Below, in pieces: positions 58,321 to 64,000 of a stretch of DNA of 64,000 nt. The stretch is taken from positions 5,490 through 69,489 of the forward strand of contig JAZUQD010000418.1 of the NCBI GenBank assembly GCA_045605505.1, read 5' to 3'. The notes beneath the pieces were generated by a model. The model was not told the DNA's origin. It ran no database searches and was given only the letters and a program-made list of their open reading frames with translations. Positions within the stretch are counted from its first letter, which is position 1, and each line of letters begins with the position of its first letter. Position numbers and translations under genes: made by a program. Source of the DNA: Pradoshia sp. Lineage in GTDB: Bacteria > Bacillota > Bacilli > Bacillales > Pradoshiaceae.

Positions 58321-59124
58321 CTATGCAGCCTTCAAATTATCCAGCAGTATTTCTGCAGCAGCATATTCTTTTGGAAACTTTTCCTTTTTAACGCTCTTAA
58401 GAATATACTCTAAAATAAATTCCGGACTTTGTGTCTTGGAATTCAGAATATCCCCCATCTGTTTTCCCGTCCATGCAGCACTCTTGAATGTAATTGTCAC
58501 ATTTCGTGCTTCATCAAATGTTCTTGGAATACCATCCGTACCATCAGACTGTGGTTCAGGAGCTTCTATAGGAGCATCGTCATTTAAAAGAGAATCCGCA
58601 TTTCGACTTTTTCTTGTCTTCTTTGGTTTCTCCTCTTTCACCTTTTCTGGCACAGATTCAGTGTCCTGATCTTTTTTCATTACTTTAGGATAAGTCGGTA
58701 AAATATTGGTAAGGTTATCCACCGGTATTCCTTCTTCGAGACCTGTATCGCCTCGTTTTGCAATTTCATCATTCAATTGAGCATCCAACGGTGTTCCAAA
58801 ACCAAGTCTGGATAATGCTTTACCTACGGCTGCAGTTTCTGCAGCTGTAACAAAATACTTACCGTCCTCTATATATCTTGTTGCTGTCCCCTCTACAACA
58901 GGTAACGGATCTGCTAAATCAAGATATATACTTGCTTTAAATGTCGCGGAATCTCCGGATAACCCCATCATTTCTGTACTTATCCTTCCTTTCGGATATT
59001 CATTTCTAAACCAGACCTCACTAACTTTTACCGGCAGATACGGTGCAAACACATCCTCTCCTTCGGTGTTTTTGACTGTAACTGCTACCAGATAATCATG
59101 TGGATTGAAACCTATCTTATTCAT
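58321..59124 (-). CDS. Rad52/Sak-like single-strand annealing protein
   Basis: YLPV..WFR..P.GRI.T, AETAAVGKALSRLGFG. Confidence 0.65.
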   Translation of the reverse strand: MNKIGFNPHDYLVAVTVKNTEGEDVFAPYLPVKVSEVWFRNEYPKGRISTEMMGLSGDSATFKASIYLDLADPLPVVEGTATRYIEDGKYFVTAAETAAVGKALSRLGFGTPLDAQLNDEIAKRGDTGLEEGIPVDNLTNILPTYPKVMKKDQDTESVPEKVKEEKPKKTRKSRNADSLLNDDAPIEAPEPQSDGTDGIPRTFDEARNVTITFKSAAWTGKQMGDILNSKTQSPEFILEYILKSVKKEKFPKEYAAAEILLDNLKAA

Positions 59125-59786
59125 TTGTTTTCTCCTTTCAATTCTTTGCCAACATCATATCGGATCAAGTTTGCTCCAGCAATTACTTCCCAATTTCTGA
59201 CATAGCTGTCCCCATCACTGAGCAAAGAAAACATATCTTTGTCGGTCAGTGTAATATTTGCAACAGAGACTACCTTATAGCTTCCTTTCTGAGCCATTGT
59301 TCCCCCTGTACGCGTTGTTTCGGGAATTGCTGTACCATTTTCAATCTGGACAATCCATGGTTGCTTACGAGGCTGACCATCCTGTCCTACAGGAATTCTA
59401 CTTATTTTCAGTTTTGTCATAGGAGAAGTTCCATCTTCATTTCTCCTTTTTGAAATTAGTTTTTCTTCACTGTAAGAAAACTGTGCTGCTGCAGGTTTGG
59501 TTATCGCCAGAAACATCATATTTTTAAGGTTTTCCAAAAGGTACCTTATGAGGTCCGGATCAATATTACACCTGCATGAAATGGTTTTGGGACCAGTTCC
59601 ATTACTGTAATCCAATAAAGTTATCCCTATTTTTGACCAGTTATGGTGCAAAGTTATATTTGCATCCTTATTTTGTGCCGGATAACCTGGCTTAAGGCGA
59701 CTCACTAATTCAATCAGCTTTTTACCTGTCTGATATTTGCTGATTTGAACGTCTTTTTTCTGTGTATCGTTCATATTTTTCTCCAA
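59121..59786 (-). CDS. Conserved hypothetical protein
   Basis: 221-aa ORF translationally coupled in the recombination operon. Confidence 0.65.
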   Translation of the reverse strand: MEKNMNDTQKKDVQISKYQTGKKLIELVSRLKPGYPAQNKDANITLHHNWSKIGITLLDYSNGTGPKTISCRCNIDPDLIRYLLENLKNMMFLAITKPAAAQFSYSEEKLISKRRNEDGTSPMTKLKISRIPVGQDGQPRKQPWIVQIENGTAIPETTRTGGTMAQKGSYKVVSVANITLTDKDMFSLLSDGDSYVRNWEVIAGANLIRYDVGKELKGENK

Positions 59787-59789
59787 TTT

Positions 59790-60524
59790 CTATTTCTTTT
59801 CTTTTGCAAATGCTACTACCCTCTTATTCCCTCCTGAATAATCAAAACAGGTGGACAGAACCAATAATCTGTCCCCGAACTCTATTGTTTCTCCGGTTGC
59901 GACAGTGTTCTTCTTCTCCACTACAGAACGATATCTTTCAAACTCCTTTTTAGTCTCGAAGGCAATATGGTCTGATGAGTTATATACAAACCCTTCTTCT
60001 TCCACTGTCATTATGCAAACGGCAAAGATTCGCCAAACCTGTTCTTCAATGGGTGTAGAAATAAAAATGTCTTTATGATTGTAATAATAATCAGGATTAT
60101 CAATATAGTTATGCAAACATCCAAACATCTCACCGGTCTTAAAATAATGGCCGTAAATTATAATGTTGTTTTCATATAATGAACATCTCTGCTGCATAAA
60201 AGGCAGTCCACCTATATCGTATTCTCCATTAATATCTTTTCGGAGATAGTACTCTTCTTCTCCGTAACGATACATTACGGGAAAGTCCAATAATGTATCA
60301 GGAATATTTATCATCGCAATCACATCTGGGTTGTCTTCCTGAAATTTTTCTATTTTTTTCTTTTCCTGCGCAGCAGGTTTTTCTTCTTCACGCAATGTGT
60401 GGTTCACAACAGAATCATAGCTGATTACTTCATCAGTTATTTGTTCTGGAACCTTTTGTTTTACCATACACGAAGAAAACAGTATAGTTAAAGCTATTGT
60501 TATACACAATGCTCTTTTTTTCAT
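59790..60524 (-). CDS. srtB: Class B sortase
   Basis: NPDVIAMI, YYLRKD, IIYGH, LVLSTC..R. Confidence 0.9.
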   Translation of the reverse strand: MKKRALCITIALTILFSSCMVKQKVPEQITDEVISYDSVVNHTLREEEKPAAQEKKKIEKFQEDNPDVIAMINIPDTLLDFPVMYRYGEEEYYLRKDINGEYDIGGLPFMQQRCSLYENNIIIYGHYFKTGEMFGCLHNYIDNPDYYYNHKDIFISTPIEEQVWRIFAVCIMTVEEEGFVYNSSDHIAFETKKEFERYRSVVEKKNTVATGETIEFGDRLLVLSTCFDYSGGNKRVVAFAKEKK

Positions 60525-60584
60525 GGAATCTTACCTCACATATTTATTCTGCAAACCATTTACTCTTTTGGTAGTAAATCGGGT

Positions 60585-62864
60585 TTATGCTGTTGTTTCA
60601 TAATTCCTGCTCTTAACCCGATGAGCATGAATCCTATCCGCCATAAAAGTTTTTCTTTTATGAACATCGTTGGTTAAAATACATTTTCTGATTGCAGGCG
60701 CATCCCCAACAAGAATACATTTCTCTTTTGCCCTGCTCACTGCAGTATATAAGAGATTTCTTTTAAGCATAACGTCAGGAGCTGTATTCAAAATCGGACA
60801 AATAACCGATTTAAACTCAGTTCCCTGTGACTTATGGATTGTCAATGAATAGGCTAAATCCACATTTTTCATGTCTTCTTTAGAATATTCAATGCGGTAT
60901 CCACCTTCAAATTCAATATCAAATCGAATTTCCTGATCACCATCTTCATCAGTTATCGTATTAATTTTTCTGATTACGCCAACGTCACCGTTGGATATAA
61001 ACTCAGTATTCTTTAGTTGAATTATCCTGTCACGGCATCTGTATGATACAGCACCGATAGTTACACTTAGTTCACCATATCTTTGAGGATTTGCTATTTC
61101 CTGTATAGCCTTGTTCAATTCATTGACAGAAACGGCTCCTATCCTTCTTGTCGGAGAAAGAATCACTACATTTTCGGAACCCACTCTGTTAACTTCTTCT
61201 ATATACAGCTCAATTACTTGCTTTTGTGCATCCTGCTCATTTTCAGCTTTATAAAATCTGAAGCTTTCATTGATTTTCAGAACCGTATTTCCGGAGTTGA
61301 TCCTTGCTGAATTTTCAGCAATGGATGAAGTTGGTCCTTGTCTGTATATTTTGTCCAAGACTGCCACAGGAATCTCTTTTGAACGAATCATTTCTCTGAG
61401 AACATTTCCCGGTCCTACTGAAGGAAGCTGATCCGGATCACCTACAAACACTATTTGTGAAGAATATGGCAACGCTCTGAATAAGCTATTGGCGACAAAT
61501 ATGTCTACCATAGATGTCTCGTCTACTATTACAATTCCATCATCTGGCAATGCTGCAGAAATCAGCATTTCTTCTTTTGCTTGAAATATTCCCAAAGTCT
61601 TATGAATTGTATATGCAGGCATCTTTGTCACTTCAGCCATACGTCTTGCAGCTTTACCGGTAGGGGCCAACAAAGTTATACTCCTGGAAGGAGATACTTC
61701 TTGGATAATTTCTATAATTGTTTTCACTATCATAGTTTTTCCGGTTCCCGGGCATCCGGTAATGATACTCAATTTATTGCAAAGAGCTGTTCTCACGGCA
61801 TTTTTTTGTGCGTCCGAAAGAACAACACCATCATTTTCATTCTGAGTTTTTACCCATTTCTCAAAACATTTCATATACTTGTCTTTCAAGTTTTCAGAAA
61901 TATCTTTCAAACTCATATGATAGTGAATAGCCTGAGACAATTCTTTTTCCACTGTCTCTGTCTCTTTTGAAAACACATATCTCCCTAACCTTTTAATAAA
62001 CTTTCCTTCCAAAACTAATTGACTAAAAATATTGTCAAACAGTTCCGGAGAAAGCTTCATTTCCTCAAGGCCTTCATTTAAGAGTTTTAGTGCTCTTTGT
62101 TTCAACAGCTCTTCCTCGCAATAAAGATTTCCTTCACTTTTTACCTGTTCAAACAGATATACCAATGCTGCATCTATTCTTTTACTGCTTGTAAGCATAG
62201 TTCTTAATGAACGAGCTATTTTATCTGCAGTTAAAAAGCCTATTCCTTCTACCTCCATCAGGATAAAAGGATTAACTTTTATCAAATCTACACACTCAGG
62301 TCCCAGTTTTTCGTAAACAGAAATTGCCTTCTCTATCCCTACACCATACTGGCCCAGGAAAGTACCTATTCTATTTAGGTGGGCTGATGCTCTATATGAT
62401 TTAACTATTCTCTGCAGCTTTCTCTCTCCGATTCCTCTGATTGATAAAAGTTTTTCCGGTGTATCTTCAAGAACTTTTAAAGATTCCGTCCCAAACCTGT
62501 CAATTATTGCTCGTGCATTTCTAGGTCCTATTCCTTTTATCCTTCCACAGGTGAGAAAGGAATAAATTCCCTCCTCCGTTTTCGGAGTGATGATTTCAAA
62601 CGATGATACCTTAAATTGTGTTCCGTATTTGCTGCTCTCCCACTGGCCTATAAACTTAATGTCTATTCCGGTATAGGTTGGCAATGCATATCCTACAGCC
62701 ACAAAGTCAATGCTTCCTTTTTTTGTGTTCTTTGTTTTTACCTCAAGAGGTATTCCCTCTTCTCCTTTTTTGGTATTGCAAAGGCACACACAAAAATAAC
62801 TTTCAGAAGAATTTAACCTACGAATATAGTTTGCCACTATACTACTTTGCTTATCTTCTGTCAT
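60585..62864 (-). CDS. recD2: RecD2-like SF1B helicase
   Basis: HhH repeats, GCPGTGKT, APTGKAA, DETSM, GDPDQL, HKSQG, YTAVSRA. Confidence 0.93.
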   Translation of the reverse strand: MTEDKQSSIVANYIRRLNSSESYFCVCLCNTKKGEEGIPLEVKTKNTKKGSIDFVAVGYALPTYTGIDIKFIGQWESSKYGTQFKVSSFEIITPKTEEGIYSFLTCGRIKGIGPRNARAIIDRFGTESLKVLEDTPEKLLSIRGIGERKLQRIVKSYRASAHLNRIGTFLGQYGVGIEKAISVYEKLGPECVDLIKVNPFILMEVEGIGFLTADKIARSLRTMLTSSKRIDAALVYLFEQVKSEGNLYCEEELLKQRALKLLNEGLEEMKLSPELFDNIFSQLVLEGKFIKRLGRYVFSKETETVEKELSQAIHYHMSLKDISENLKDKYMKCFEKWVKTQNENDGVVLSDAQKNAVRTALCNKLSIITGCPGTGKTMIVKTIIEIIQEVSPSRSITLLAPTGKAARRMAEVTKMPAYTIHKTLGIFQAKEEMLISAALPDDGIVIVDETSMVDIFVANSLFRALPYSSQIVFVGDPDQLPSVGPGNVLREMIRSKEIPVAVLDKIYRQGPTSSIAENSARINSGNTVLKINESFRFYKAENEQDAQKQVIELYIEEVNRVGSENVVILSPTRRIGAVSVNELNKAIQEIANPQRYGELSVTIGAVSYRCRDRIIQLKNTEFISNGDVGVIRKINTITDEDGDQEIRFDIEFEGGYRIEYSKEDMKNVDLAYSLTIHKSQGTEFKSVICPILNTAPDVMLKRNLLYTAVSRAKEKCILVGDAPAIRKCILTNDVHKRKTFMADRIHAHRVKSRNYETTA

Positions 62865-62879
62865 GGCCTTTCTCCCCTT

Positions 62880-63965
62880 CTATTTAAGTAACTTTCTCAC
62901 TGCAGCTATTTTCTTTTTCTTTATTGAAAATGGCCTTGTTTCACTTTCTGTCTTCAGCTCCTCATAAATATCAGGATAAACCAAAATCAGTTTGTCCTTA
63001 TCTACGCCGGTTCTGAATTGACGAGCAAAGCTTACTTCGAAAGCTTCTTCTTCATTTCCGGGAATAAATAACGCCCCTTTATCGCACTCACCTATTGCAT
63101 CGGTAAATGGTATTGACAAAGCATTCAGTTCTTCTTTGATTTCATCTGCTTTTTTCTTCAGTTCATTCATTTCAGCATATTTGCTGATGAAATCGTTTGC
63201 TGACTTAACCAATGAACCATCCAGTTCCACTACTGAAATGCCCTTTGTCCTTTTTGAAGGAGGACTTACCAAATTTCGCAATCTTTTGATTGCTCGATCT
63301 GATATTGAAAATTCCATCGGTGGTATCCCGGTCATAATATGGTTTTCCCAAAAGAGTTTTTCCTCTTCAATCAGAATTTCCTCAAACTCTAAATCTCTGT
63401 ATACCGTAACAATTATGCTTTTGTCTGCACTGTATCCGTAAGAACAAATTACATCCCAACGTTCCAGATTAAACACACACATATAATGTCTTACTTGAAA
63501 TTCGTAGTTAACAGGTATTCTTCCTTCTCTTCCAACTATTCCTGGGTTCCATTGGTCCAAGTTAGATGGGTCCGTTGTTTTTATCTCTCCTCCGCAGAGA
63601 TTTCCATCCTGGTCATAAAAGAAGAAATCTGCATCCGCCAGCATAAACGGATAAAGAGGATGTCTATACTGCCAAGTATCTTTAAAAACTTCAAACCCTG
63701 TTTTTTTACTGAAAAGTTTTCGTATCAGTGGCTCCATCATATTCCCTGCATCAAGAGAGAACCAGTTCTCAGGTTCTTCATCAGAAAAGTAACCTCTTTT
63801 ATCAAAGTAAAGCTCTCTTCTGGATTTCCATTTAGATGCATTAAATATAACTGCAGCATCACTTCCACCGATTCCTTTTCTTCGGTATTCTAACCATTCT
63901 TTTCGAGTGATCGACTCGGTGTCCACAATTTTTTCTGGTACATAACTCAAATCCATCATATTCAA
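62880..63965 (-). CDS. YqaJ/lambda-exonuclease family protein
   Basis: WLEYRRKGIGGSD, LADAD, EIKT, YEFQVRHY. Confidence 0.9.
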   Translation of the reverse strand: MNMMDLSYVPEKIVDTESITRKEWLEYRRKGIGGSDAAVIFNASKWKSRRELYFDKRGYFSDEEPENWFSLDAGNMMEPLIRKLFSKKTGFEVFKDTWQYRHPLYPFMLADADFFFYDQDGNLCGGEIKTTDPSNLDQWNPGIVGREGRIPVNYEFQVRHYMCVFNLERWDVICSYGYSADKSIIVTVYRDLEFEEILIEEEKLFWENHIMTGIPPMEFSISDRAIKRLRNLVSPPSKRTKGISVVELDGSLVKSANDFISKYAEMNELKKKADEIKEELNALSIPFTDAIGECDKGALFIPGNEEEAFEVSFARQFRTGVDKDKLILVYPDIYEELKTESETRPFSIKKKKIAAVRKLLK

Positions 63966-64000
63966 ATCCTTTCCAAAAAAAATAGGACAACTTTCGTTGT

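Larger units (their letters stand above)
640..64000. mobile_element. Conjugative element (ICE or large plasmid) of Clostridia; boundaries not visible
   Basis: VirB4/VirD4/VirB6/VirB2, adhesin, sortase, ssb, primase, recombinases; no housekeeping genes in window. Confidence 0.85.

Noticed and set aside
57185..63965. Prophage
   Set aside because: No capsid, terminase, portal or tail genes; context is conjugative

Overview
AT-rich Firmicutes (Clostridia-type) DNA that looks like part of a large conjugative element (ICE or plasmid). Right part (38.3-64 kb, mostly minus strand): Gram-positive T4SS cluster (VirB2-like pilin, VirB6, M23 hydrolase, VirD4, S1-domain protein, PrgI-like, VirB4, Ig-like surface protein) plus a DNA-processing module (YqaJ exonuclease, RecD2, class B sortase, Rad52/Sak-like annealase, primase). 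Left part: small leading-region-type genes and a catalytic-domain-only tyrosine recombinase (minus), a thioester/SpaA/dockerin adhesin operon, a co-oriented cargo array (DUF4177, PstS-like, HEXXH protein, Fic, PIN-like), a XerC-like recombinase, a 1454-aa ricin-repeat amidase/M23 lysin, and an ssb-AAA-vWA operon. Main unexplained structure: two homologous multi-subsite GTTCGT-N15-ACGAAC sites in inverted orientation (about 4.28 kb, beside the small recombinase, and about 38.11 kb) bounding a ~34-kb segment whose flipping would join the adhesin operon to the tra operon and to an otherwise orphan promoter. Also seen: an identical 17-nt 5' leader plus hairpin and attenuator shared by two leading-region operons, short repeats at cargo junctions, a structured non-coding region at 24.4-24.8 kb, and no recognisable HUH relaxase. 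All family calls are by eye from motifs; no database searches were run.
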